Origin: Bacteroidia bacterium
GTDB taxonomy: Bacteria; Bacteroidota; Bacteroidia; Bacteroidales; GCA-2748055
Reading direction: 5' to 3'
DNA length: 62,289 bases
Assembly: GCA_030639005.1 (NCBI GenBank)
Contig: DAOWDN010000165.1
Coordinates: forward strand, 1 to 62,289
Both the position numbers and the translations under genes were made by a program. Shown piece after piece: positions 38,330 through 47,374 of this stretch (the first letter of the stretch is position 1; each line of letters begins with the position of its first letter). The notes under the pieces were generated by a model. The model did no database searches, was not told the DNA's origin, and was given only the letters and a program-made list of their open reading frames with translations.

Positions 38330-39621
38330 GCACCGGCTGCCGAGATGGCCATGCCGATCAGCAACTCAAGTTTTTCATGAAGAGTATCGTAACTGAAGTA
38401 TTTTTTCCCCAGTTCAAAATTGTAATCTGTAATCTCTTCAGCCAGCTGAGGATTGTAGATTATCTCCGCCATTTGCTTCACACTGTCGTCTGTCAGCTCG
38501 CCATTTTCAATCATTACAGTCCGGAACCCTTTGCTGCCTATATCGGGCTGATAAACAGGCTCATAGTTATTAACAAATATAGGCCGTCTGGCCAGAACCG
38601 CCTCTACGAATGCATTTCCAAACCCCTCATAGGTGCTGAAATAGGTGCAGGCAGTGGCCCTGGCATAAGCATCTGACAGAGAGAAACGTACATCTCCGTT
38701 TCTATTGGAAAGGCCCTTGTTGTGGAAAAGGTCATAGGCAAAACTGACCTGTTCGCCCAGTTTCAGCTCATGGATCTGGTTCACCAGTTCGTTGTAATAG
38801 GAACTACCTGCATCGTCTGCGTAGTTCCCGGTAATAATTAGCTTCACCCTCTTATCGCTCAGCTTATGCAAAAGACTAATGGCCGATTCAATCCCTTTTC
38901 TTCGCACAATTCGAGTGATCTGGAAGAGGAAAAGGTCCTGCTTGCTGAAGCCCATGTGTCTGGCCAGGTAAGCATTTTTCTGGTTCTGAACCCCAAAAGA
39001 GTGATTGAAATTCATCACATTGGGAACGTTGACCGATACGCGGCCGAACCGTTCCTTTAATGTATTGACTGCATGGGTGTTGATTACAGCATGTACTGAA
39101 TTGGGAGAGCGCAATGGAAATATCTCTTCCACGAAATCATTGATCATTTTGTGGGGAGAGAAGTACCGGTCGCCCCGCTCCCAGGCAAAATCATGGTCAT
39201 GAGTAATGGTGGGAATACCGGTTTTGTGTACTGCTTTGTTGATGGCCATGCCCATTTCGAGGTGGGAGGGAAGGGCGGAGGCATTTTCCGAAATAAGCAG
39301 ATCAATCTTTTTCTCCCCGATCCAGTGAATGATCTTTTTATAGATCACCTTTGAATAGAGGTTCAGATGCTCAATTAACTCCTGAGGATTGGTTTCAGGG
39401 TAAAAAAAGGCTTTTTTCTGGCTCCAGAAACTTTCCGGGGAAAAGAAGGACATTTCGGGAACCAGGGTCTCTGTTTCGGGATCCATGGGACGCTCCTGAA
39501 ATTGCCCCGACAAAGTGTAGACACGATGACTCATCGTTTTGAGTACATCAATCCATTTCTCTGTTTCCAGTGCTACACCGTCCACTCCACCGATCCTTCC
39601 GATTATAATACCAATGTTCAT
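38326..39621 (-). CDS. GT4 glycosyltransferase, mannosylglucosylglycerate synthase (MggS)-like
   Basis: GGVDGVALETEKW, HDHDFAWER, TRIVRRKGIE, STYEGFGNAFVEA. Confidence 0.85.
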   Translation of the reverse strand: MNIGIIIGRIGGVDGVALETEKWIDVLKTMSHRVYTLSGQFQERPMDPETETLVPEMSFFSPESFWSQKKAFFYPETNPQELIEHLNLYSKVIYKKIIHWIGEKKIDLLISENASALPSHLEMGMAINKAVHKTGIPTITHDHDFAWERGDRYFSPHKMINDFVEEIFPLRSPNSVHAVINTHAVNTLKERFGRVSVNVPNVMNFNHSFGVQNQKNAYLARHMGFSKQDLFLFQITRIVRRKGIESAISLLHKLSDKRVKLIITGNYADDAGSSYYNELVNQIHELKLGEQVSFAYDLFHNKGLSNRNGDVRFSLSDAYARATACTYFSTYEGFGNAFVEAVLARRPIFVNNYEPVYQPDIGSKGFRTVMIENGELTDDSVKQMAEIIYNPQLAEEITDYNFELGKKYFSYDTLHEKLELLIGMAISAAGA

Positions 39622-39636
39622 GCGGGGAAGAATCTG

Positions 39637-40524
39637 TTATTTTAATACGAATGATGAATAACCGATCATTTTTCCTTCTGAATGAAGCTCCACGAGATGT
39701 TCACCGGGAACAATCTCCCCGTCGTTGGTCCAGAAGATAGAAATCGGCAGGTCCTCGTTTTCGTAATTGATGGTGCGGGAGGAGGAGACCGGGATCTGAT
39801 CTCCCCCGAATTCCACCATCTCCAGTTCGGGCGAACCCAAAACCACCATATCGGGCCGGACAATTCGAAGGGTGATATGTTTCTCTCCGGCCGGAGTTAC
39901 CTGGTTGGCCCTGAGCACAAAATCGACTCGCACTTTCACCGTGGTTCGGATCTTTTCAGTCTTTTTGTCACGTTTGTTAAGCAATACCAGGTTGATCTGA
40001 GAGGCCTTGAGGGTGGAGGCCAGGTCCTTGATCTCTTCCAGCTGGGTTTTGTCCTTCTCCAGCTGCTCCTTCTCTGTGGTGAGACGGCGTTCGGTATTTT
40101 TCAACTGCTTATTTTCAGCCATTAGCTCCTGGTTCATCAGGTTCAGCGAATCGATCTGTACGATGTAGCTTCTCAACACTGAACGAATGGTTTCCATTTC
40201 ACGCCGGTACATTTTAATCTTATAGGCATCATTAGCCTGGATGGAGATCAGCTTGTCGATCTTCTCCTGCTGCTGTTGCATCTCTACCTGAAGCTCCAGG
40301 TTGCTGGTTTCCAGGGTATCGTAGCGGAAGTAGATGTTGCGCAATTCTCCCTCCAGGGAATCCTTTTCAATTAGGAAAAACTCTGTTTTTTCAGCCAGGT
40401 CGGCCGAAACCAGGTTCAGGTTTTTCCTGGTATCTAACAACAAGTATACGGCGATGGCCAGGATCACCACCAGCAGGCCAAGCACCCCGTATAATACACC
40501 CGTATTGGATTTATTTTCAGTCAT
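39637..40524 (-). CDS. Membrane-anchored coiled-coil hypothetical protein
   Basis: N-terminal TM, heptad region, beta-rich C-terminal domain; TATATTTG at 40546-40553 (minus). Confidence 0.75.
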   Translation of the reverse strand: MTENKSNTGVLYGVLGLLVVILAIAVYLLLDTRKNLNLVSADLAEKTEFFLIEKDSLEGELRNIYFRYDTLETSNLELQVEMQQQQEKIDKLISIQANDAYKIKMYRREMETIRSVLRSYIVQIDSLNLMNQELMAENKQLKNTERRLTTEKEQLEKDKTQLEEIKDLASTLKASQINLVLLNKRDKKTEKIRTTVKVRVDFVLRANQVTPAGEKHITLRIVRPDMVVLGSPELEMVEFGGDQIPVSSSRTINYENEDLPISIFWTNDGEIVPGEHLVELHSEGKMIGYSSFVLK

Positions 40525-40557
40525 GATCTATGGATTAAGTTTTAACAAATATACACA

Positions 40558-41172
40558 TTACTGCGCAGGTTTTGAGGTCACTTCTTCAATGGTAATGATG
40601 TTATTTACAATGGCATAAACTGTGAGTCCGGATACAGATTTGATCCCCAGCTTGCCGCTTATGTTTTTTCGGTGGGTCATCACCGTATGTGCCGAGAGGA
40701 AAAGCTTATCGGCAATCTGCCTGTTCGTAAGGCCCATGGAGACCAGCCTGATTATGGTGGTTTCACGGGGAGAGAGTTCAGCGGTGTGAACCTCAATTTT
40801 TTTAGGGGCATTTTGATCCAGCAGGCCCCGGATTTTCCAAACAATCTTTTCTTTCTCCTCCATCAGGTGGATGGAGGTGTAGGCCTGTATGTTTGAATCG
40901 CCCGGAGTCTCCTTTCCGGAGTGCCCCTCTTTGAGAAGAATGGTTTTTTCGAGCAGCCCGGGGTAATTTATGAAAAGATCCGCCGAATTATCAAAGATCG
41001 ACTGACTGATGATGATGAAGTCGACCGACTGGTTTTTGAGGTAACTGATCAGCGGTTCGGCGGTCCCGAACTCTTTCAGGATCGCGATTCCGTTCATGCG
41101 GTTCAGTATGGAAACCATGCCCTTGCGGACCAGGTATGAATCGATAGCCAGTATGAATCCCGACCTTCTCAT
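40558..41172 (-). CDS. LuxR-type HTH regulator with a degenerate receiver-like N-terminus
   Basis: LSPRETTIIRLVSMGLTNRQIADKLFLSAHTVMTHRKNI. Confidence 0.9.
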   Translation of the reverse strand: MRRSGFILAIDSYLVRKGMVSILNRMNGIAILKEFGTAEPLISYLKNQSVDFIIISQSIFDNSADLFINYPGLLEKTILLKEGHSGKETPGDSNIQAYTSIHLMEEKEKIVWKIRGLLDQNAPKKIEVHTAELSPRETTIIRLVSMGLTNRQIADKLFLSAHTVMTHRKNISGKLGIKSVSGLTVYAIVNNIITIEEVTSKPAQ

Positions 41173-41903
41173 CCGGGGAATGGAGTATTAAGTAATTTTT
41201 CTTCAAGTTCGGCAACCCTGGGTATAAGCACTTTATCTTCCACGTCGGCATGATCTACAAGATCCTTTACCAGGGCTGCAAGATCGTTTAGTACCTGGTG
41301 GCACAATTGCAGATCGTCGAAAGGGGGCAGGTATTTAATAATCAGGGTGGAGAGATGCTCCAGGCTGGTTTCCAGCCGGTCATGCTCTTTTTCGAATTCC
41401 CGGATGGAATAGGAGCGGAGTTTCTGAAGAAATTCGGGGTCTGTCCGCTCCAGTGTGGATTGTCTTTCCAGCTCTAAAACATAGGGAAGGATGTGCTGAT
41501 CCTCCTGGGATATATGTGCCAGAAAATCCTTTTTGTAGTCGTTGAAAAAACCAGTCACCAATGCGATCTCCTTCTCAGAAAGAGCAGACCCGTCCATCAA
41601 CAGGTGAATTTTCTCCTCCACCCCGGGCAGGGCAATATCCATGTAGTAGTTGTGGGTGGAGAGGATATAGTTGACCACCGTTCCAAGCGAAAAAAGAGAG
41701 AGACCCTCACCAGGCACATATAATTCGTCGAGATAGGCGTTGGCAATTTCCAGGAAAAAATCAACGTTGACTCCGTGATCTTTACACACCTGTTCCACAC
41801 TCTTTTCGCCAAATCCCAGCTTCAGGTTGAACCGGGGAAAAAGGGGAAGCAGCTGCGGGTGATCTGTTACCACCCGGTACATGGGTAATTGCCTGGTGAT
41901 CAT
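41169..41903 (-). CDS. Hemerythrin-domain protein (ScdA/Ric-like)
   Basis: LGFGEKSVEQVC N-terminal domain; H..Y, HISQED, EHD, HADVEDKVL metal-ligand pattern. Confidence 0.85.
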   Translation of the reverse strand: MITRQLPMYRVVTDHPQLLPLFPRFNLKLGFGEKSVEQVCKDHGVNVDFFLEIANAYLDELYVPGEGLSLFSLGTVVNYILSTHNYYMDIALPGVEEKIHLLMDGSALSEKEIALVTGFFNDYKKDFLAHISQEDQHILPYVLELERQSTLERTDPEFLQKLRSYSIREFEKEHDRLETSLEHLSTLIIKYLPPFDDLQLCHQVLNDLAALVKDLVDHADVEDKVLIPRVAELEEKLLNTPFPG

Positions 41904-41905
41904 CT

Positions 41906-42832
41906 CTATTTTCTTTGTAAGCGGATATCCTTTTCAGTAATGCCGTATTCCTCTTCCTCGCTGTTTCCAAGGGGTTCCACATGAACCATAACATCATAGA
42001 TATTTCTTATGTTCGACTTAATGCTGTTCTCCACGTTCTTGGCAATGTCATGGGCCTCTTTCACCGAAAGGTTGGGGTCCACCTCGATATCGAGGTTTAC
42101 CATGTAATAGTGGCCAATTTTACGGGCACGTACCCGGTGGGGATGGAGGGCTCCCTCTACCGAATGAATCGATTCAAACAGACGACTGTAAACTTCAGTA
42201 TTATCGATACCATCCATCAGGTCGATGTTTGATTTCATAAAGATCCGGAATCCCTCATACATAATAAAAATACTGATAAGAAGAGCAATGACGCGGTCGA
42301 TCACAGGCTCCTTCAGCACCAGTGTAAAGAGCAGGCTGATCAACACACTCAGGGAGAGAAGAATGTCATTGCGCATGTTCCTCGCGTTGGCAATAAGCAT
42401 GGTGCTCTCCACCTTTTTTCCGGTTTTGAAAAGCAACACCGACAGACACACTTTTCCAAAAATGGAGACCAGAGTGACCCAAATGGCCAGAGTGCCGGGT
42501 AAAGCGATTCCGGTTCCTGAGATCAGGACACGAACTGTGGAGTAAGCCAGCTGGGCCCCTGCAAAGAAGATAACAAATGAGAGCACCTTCGTGGCCACGG
42601 TATCAGCCTTTTTATACCCGTAGGGAAATTTGACATTGGGCGGTTTGGCTATGATCCTGGCAGCCAGCAGAACCACCAGGGACGAGGCGATGTCTGAAAC
42701 AGAATCGATTCCATCGGCGATCACTACAAAACTACCGGAAATAAAACCGGCGGCCAGTTTCAGAAAAGCCAGCAGGGCATTGCCGCCAATGGCCCACCAG
42801 GATGCCCGTATGATCTTTTGTTCCCTTGTCAT
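41906..42832 (-). CDS. Cation diffusion facilitator transporter (FieF-like)
   Basis: ADGIDSVSD, FPYGY, cytosolic C-terminal domain EAHDIA..VMVHVEP. Confidence 0.92.
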   Translation of the reverse strand: MTREQKIIRASWWAIGGNALLAFLKLAAGFISGSFVVIADGIDSVSDIASSLVVLLAARIIAKPPNVKFPYGYKKADTVATKVLSFVIFFAGAQLAYSTVRVLISGTGIALPGTLAIWVTLVSIFGKVCLSVLLFKTGKKVESTMLIANARNMRNDILLSLSVLISLLFTLVLKEPVIDRVIALLISIFIMYEGFRIFMKSNIDLMDGIDNTEVYSRLFESIHSVEGALHPHRVRARKIGHYYMVNLDIEVDPNLSVKEAHDIAKNVENSIKSNIRNIYDVMVHVEPLGNSEEEEYGITEKDIRLQRK

Positions 42833-43756
42833 TTACCCGGTATTCGTATGAATCAGGTTTGGGGCGTGGTTCGTTTTGTATTCAAACTGCAGGGTGACAT
42901 GGTGTACCCTGAATCCATTCTTTAGCAACTGCTCGATATCGCGCTGGATGGTTTTCACCTGGCTCAGCTTCAGGTCGCTGTTCAACTCCACATGAGCTTC
43001 CAGGTGGATCTCCCGGTCGGTGAGCATCCAGGCATGCATGTGATGGATGTTCAGTACCTCGGGCATCAGTTCAACCCGGGTTTTAATGGAGGGAAGGTCC
43101 AGATGGTCGGGGGCCGACTGCATCAGGATGTTTACCGAATCTTTGAGGATGATATAACCCGACCGGATGATGTAGAGTGAGATGACCAGGGTGATAAGCG
43201 GATCGATCCAGTAGATATCGAAGAGGGTAATCAGCACCCCGCCAATAATCACCACCACTGAAGAGAGGCTGTCCCCGATCAGGTGCACATAGGCAGCTTT
43301 CACATTGATGCTTTTTCTTGCATCTCTTTTGAGAATGATTAGAGCAAAAATATTGGCCAGCAATCCGATCATTGCCACCACCAGCATGATCAGGGAGTTG
43401 ATGGGAGCAGGATGGTGCCAACGGTGCCAGGCCTCTTTCAGCAGGAAGGCGCTTATGACAATCAGGATCACCGCATTAATCAGGGCTGCCAGGATCTCTA
43501 TACGTTTGTACCCGAAGGTCTTGTTCTGGTCGGCCTCCCGCTTGCCGATCAGGGTGGCCATATAGGCGATAAAGGTGGCAAATGCATCGCTCAGGTTGTG
43601 TAATGCATCTGAAAAAAGGGCCAGGCTGCCCGAAAGGATGCCACCGGCAAATTCGACGATGGCTATCACCAGGTTCAGGAAGGTGGCTGCCAGCAGATTC
43701 TTTTCATTCACCGGGTGCCGGTGCCTGCCTTTGTGTGTATGTTTGGGCTTAGACAT
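42833..43756 (-). CDS. Cation diffusion facilitator transporter (CzcD/ZitB-like)
   Basis: His-rich N-terminus, SDALHNLSD, TFGYKRIE, HLIGD, HHMHAW, HVTLQFE. Confidence 0.92.
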   Translation of the reverse strand: MSKPKHTHKGRHRHPVNEKNLLAATFLNLVIAIVEFAGGILSGSLALFSDALHNLSDAFATFIAYMATLIGKREADQNKTFGYKRIEILAALINAVILIVISAFLLKEAWHRWHHPAPINSLIMLVVAMIGLLANIFALIILKRDARKSINVKAAYVHLIGDSLSSVVVIIGGVLITLFDIYWIDPLITLVISLYIIRSGYIILKDSVNILMQSAPDHLDLPSIKTRVELMPEVLNIHHMHAWMLTDREIHLEAHVELNSDLKLSQVKTIQRDIEQLLKNGFRVHHVTLQFEYKTNHAPNLIHTNTG

Positions 43757-44566
43757 TTAGATAAATAACAGGAGGCTTAAAGCCATGACAGCCATTCCAG
43801 CCACAAATCCATATACTGCATGGTGGTGAAATCCATACTCTCTGGCGGTGGGTAACAGCTCGTCGATGGAGATAAAAACCATGATCCCAGCCACACCTGC
43901 AAAGATAAAACCAAAAAGGTTGTCATTCAGGAACGGCATCAGGATAAACCAGGCGATCAGGGCGCCTACAGGTTCGGCCAGTCCGGACAAGAAAGAGAGA
44001 TAGAATCCTCTTTTTTTGCTCCCTGTTCCATAGGAGATGGGAACCGAAACAGCAATTCCTTCAGGAATATTGTGAATAGCGATGGCCACTGCAATGGGGA
44101 TGGCGATGCTGGTATCGCTCATTCCGGCCATAAATGTAGCAATGCCTTCAGGGAAATTGTGAATGGCTATGGCAAGAGCTGTAAAGAGACCCATCCGGAC
44201 CAGCTTGGGATCTTTATATCCGTTCCTTGCCACATCCTCCACCCTTTTGATTTCGTGCGGATTCTCCTGGGAGGGAATCAGGCGGTCAATCAGGGCAATG
44301 ATCAGTATTCCTACGAAAAAAGCAAGCACCGCATACCATGCCGCCAGTTTTTCGCCATAACCGGGAACCAGTGATTCCCTGGCTTTTTGAAGGATCTCAA
44401 AAAATGAAACATAGATCATTACCCCTGCTGAAAAACCAAGGCTTACCGAAAGGAACCGGGGCTTGGTGCTATTGGTAAAAAAGGCCAGGGCACTCCCTAT
44501 CCCGGTTGATAATCCGGCAAACATGGTGAGTCCGAACGCAAACCAAAAGTTCCCAGCTTCCATCAA
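43757..44566 (-). CDS. zupT: ZIP family metal transporter ZupT
   Basis: GFSAGVMIYVSF, IHNFPEG, IHNIPEG, SGLAEPVG, DELLP. Confidence 0.93.
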   Translation of the reverse strand: MMEAGNFWFAFGLTMFAGLSTGIGSALAFFTNSTKPRFLSVSLGFSAGVMIYVSFFEILQKARESLVPGYGEKLAAWYAVLAFFVGILIIALIDRLIPSQENPHEIKRVEDVARNGYKDPKLVRMGLFTALAIAIHNFPEGIATFMAGMSDTSIAIPIAVAIAIHNIPEGIAVSVPISYGTGSKKRGFYLSFLSGLAEPVGALIAWFILMPFLNDNLFGFIFAGVAGIMVFISIDELLPTAREYGFHHHAVYGFVAGMAVMALSLLLFI

Positions 44567-44575
44567 TGCAAATAT

Positions 44576-45448
44576 TTAACTGGCTTTTCGTCCCTTCTTC
44601 GGAGATTTGGGAATGGGTTCCTTGGAAAAGTATTTAGGCCACTTCCTGGTCAGAAGGATCATCACCACCCCGGCAAAAATAAATGGCAAACTCAACAATT
44701 GTCCCATATTGAACTGCATCCCCGCCTCGAAGGCCACCTGATCATTTTTCACAAATTCGATGAAAAAACGGGCCGAAAACAGCAGGATCATAAATACTCC
44801 AAAGATAAATCCATCCCTCACCTTCAGATATCGTTTGCGATAGAAAATAAAGAGAACCACAAAAATCAGGATGTAACTGAGGGCCTCATAGAGTTGGGTG
44901 GGGTGCCTGGCCACAGTAGGAAGCAATGCACCTGTGTTTGAGTCGTATAGTTTATCCCTTACAAATTCGAAACCCCAGGGAAGTTCGGTGGGTAGTCCGT
45001 ATATCTCAGAATTGAACAGGTTACCCAGCCTGATGAATGCCCCACCCAGAGCCACCACGATTACAATGCGGTCAATGAGCCAGAGAAAGGAGAGTTTATG
45101 CTTCCTGATATAGAGCCAAAGCGACAGCAGTATACCGATGGCTGCTCCGTGACTGGCCAGTCCCCCTTTCCAGATTTTTAGTATCTCCAGCGGATTCTTC
45201 AGGAAGTAATCGGGCTCATAAAAGAAACAGTGTCCCAGCCGTGCACCAAGAACAGTACCCACAGCAATATATATCAGCAATTGGTCCAGCATTTCGGAGG
45301 TCAGCCTTTCGGTGGCGAGGAACCTGGTAAAGACAATATATCCGGAAAGAAATGCAGAAGCAAAAAGCAATCCATACCAGCGGATGCTCAGTTGGCCGAT
45401 GTTGAATATTTCGGGATCTACGTTCCAGGTGATGGCATCAAAGATCAT
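44576..45448 (-). CDS. lgt: Prolipoprotein diacylglyceryl transferase
   Basis: IRWYG, GARLGH, GGLASHG, RLGNLFNSE, RHPTQLYE, RFFIEF. Confidence 0.96.
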   Translation of the reverse strand: MIFDAITWNVDPEIFNIGQLSIRWYGLLFASAFLSGYIVFTRFLATERLTSEMLDQLLIYIAVGTVLGARLGHCFFYEPDYFLKNPLEILKIWKGGLASHGAAIGILLSLWLYIRKHKLSFLWLIDRIVIVVALGGAFIRLGNLFNSEIYGLPTELPWGFEFVRDKLYDSNTGALLPTVARHPTQLYEALSYILIFVVLFIFYRKRYLKVRDGFIFGVFMILLFSARFFIEFVKNDQVAFEAGMQFNMGQLLSLPFIFAGVVMILLTRKWPKYFSKEPIPKSPKKGRKAS

Positions 45449-45477
45449 AACAGGGCATAGGTTTATTGATTAAGCTA

Positions 45478-45524
45478 CAAATATAATAACATTCCGGGGG
45501 TTTCCCCTGAAGCATATATCTTTG
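45478..45524. promoter_or_regulatory. Divergent pair of -7 promoter elements
   Basis: TATATTTG on minus at 45478-45485 (toward lgt) and TATCTTTG on plus at 45517-45524. Confidence 0.55.
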
Positions 45525-45550
45525 TATGTTTGCACTAAATTGAACAAAGC

Positions 45551-47368
45551 GTGTTGCATAAGTACATCTGTTTTCTTCTTTTTGCAGGTTTTTGCCTGAG
45601 CTGCGCCCAGCAGGGTTCTCCTTCCGGGGGTCCGCGCGATGAGGATCCGCCACAAGTGCTGGAGAGCGATCCTCCCAACTATTCAACCCGGTTTGAGGAG
45701 AAAAAAATACTGATCACTTTCGATGAGTACATAGTACTGGACAATGTGAACCAGGAATTGATTGTCTCCCCACCCATGGAGAAGAATCCGGAGGTGAAAC
45801 TGAGAAAGAGGACCCTGATCATCGAATTTGAGGAGTTGCTGAAAGAAAACACTACATATACATTCAACTTTGGCGATGCCATCAAAGATCTGCATGAGGG
45901 AAACAAGCTTCAGAACTTTGAATATGTATTTTCGACCGGTGATGTACTCGATTCAATGTCGATAAAGGGAACACTGAAATATGCCGAAACCCTGGAAAAA
46001 CCCAAGGAACCGATCTCCATCATGCTCTACTCCGACCTGAGGGATTCGGTCCCGCTTACCGAGATCCCCCTCTATGTAGGCAGGTCCAACGACAGCGGGG
46101 TTTTTAGTGTGAATAATCTGCGCCCCGATGAATATAAAATATTCGCCCTCAAGGATGGAAACAACAACTTCCTGTTTGATCTCCCCTCAGAAGAGATTGC
46201 ATTTCTTGATACCAGCCTGACGGTCAACACCGATTTTGTCAGGCAATTGCTGGGGATTGAGGCACCGGATTCAACCGGGATGCCTGTGGATACCCTGTTG
46301 ATGCATGTTGATACCATGTTGATACTTGTGGATTCAATTGCCACAGCTTCAGATACCATCCCCGCCACAGGTCCCGATCTCAACTCCATTTATATCGACC
46401 TGATGCTTTTTACAGAAGCCTCAGAGATTCAGTATATATTTGACTATACCAGGGAAGACAAAAGGAAGCTCCAGATGGTATTTGCCTTGCCCCTGACCGA
46501 TACATTTGAATATGATTTTATACAACGCGGTAGTGAGGAGATCAGGTTTCTGGAGTATTTTTCTGACCGAAGAGACAGTCTGACCCTATGGATAATCGAT
46601 TCGGCTCACTACAAAATGGATTCACTCAGCGTATCGCTAAAGTATACAGTCAAGGACACAAGCGACCAGTACATGGCAGTGGGCGATACCCTGGTCTTTA
46701 CCTATCATGAAAAGAGTAGCAAGAAAAAGAAAAAGAGTGACAGCGAACCTGTAGAGATGCTGACGGTTTCGACCATTCGTAATGGGGGGTTCCAGGATCT
46801 GCATCGCGACCTTAGCCTGAACCTTGATTTTCCGCTTGAAAAGGTCACCGACTCCCTCATCACTCTCTACCACATCCCGGATTCGGTGGAGGTGCCGGTT
46901 CCATTCAGTGCGGAGGCTGATTCAATTCTGTTGAACCGGGTAAAACTCTCGGCCACCTGGGAATCTGACGCTGCTTACAAAATGAAGATATTTCCGGGGG
47001 CCATTGCCAGCATCTATCCCATAGAACATGATACCATTGATATCTCTTTTAAAACGCGTGATACAGAATTTTACGGTCAGATCCTGCTAAGCCTTGAAAA
47101 TGTAAATCACCGGGTACTGGTACAGCTGTTAAACAAACAGAAGGTAATCTCGGTAATGGAGGTGGATGCTGATGGACAATATGTTTTCCCATACCTTGTG
47201 CCACGTGAGTATTCCTTCAAATTTATTCACGATCTCAACAATAACGGCAGGTGGGATACCGGGAATTACCTAAAGAAAGTGCAGCCTGAGCCGGCTGAAT
47301 TACTCCCGGCAACAATTAAGGTCAGGTCCAACTGGGATCACGATGTGACCATGACGCTGGAAAAATAG
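45551..47368 (+). CDS. Ig-like-domain lipoprotein
   Basis: Lipobox LSC followed by AQQGSPSGGPRD; TYTFNFGDAIKD; DLNNNGRWDTG. Confidence 0.82.
   Translation: MLHKYICFLLFAGFCLSCAQQGSPSGGPRDEDPPQVLESDPPNYSTRFEEKKILITFDEYIVLDNVNQELIVSPPMEKNPEVKLRKRTLIIEFEELLKENTTYTFNFGDAIKDLHEGNKLQNFEYVFSTGDVLDSMSIKGTLKYAETLEKPKEPISIMLYSDLRDSVPLTEIPLYVGRSNDSGVFSVNNLRPDEYKIFALKDGNNNFLFDLPSEEIAFLDTSLTVNTDFVRQLLGIEAPDSTGMPVDTLLMHVDTMLILVDSIATASDTIPATGPDLNSIYIDLMLFTEASEIQYIFDYTREDKRKLQMVFALPLTDTFEYDFIQRGSEEIRFLEYFSDRRDSLTLWIIDSAHYKMDSLSVSLKYTVKDTSDQYMAVGDTLVFTYHEKSSKKKKKSDSEPVEMLTVSTIRNGGFQDLHRDLSLNLDFPLEKVTDSLITLYHIPDSVEVPVPFSAEADSILLNRVKLSATWESDAAYKMKIFPGAIASIYPIEHDTIDISFKTRDTEFYGQILLSLENVNHRVLVQLLNKQKVISVMEVDADGQYVFPYLVPREYSFKFIHDLNNNGRWDTGNYLKKVQPEPAELLPATIKVRSNWDHDVTMTLEK
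46265..46369 (+). repeat. Five degenerate 21-nt (7-aa) tandem repeats within the CDS
   Basis: PDSTGMP / VDTLLMH / VDTMLIL / VDSIATA / SDTIPAT. Confidence 0.7.
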
Positions 47369-47374
47369 GAGAGC

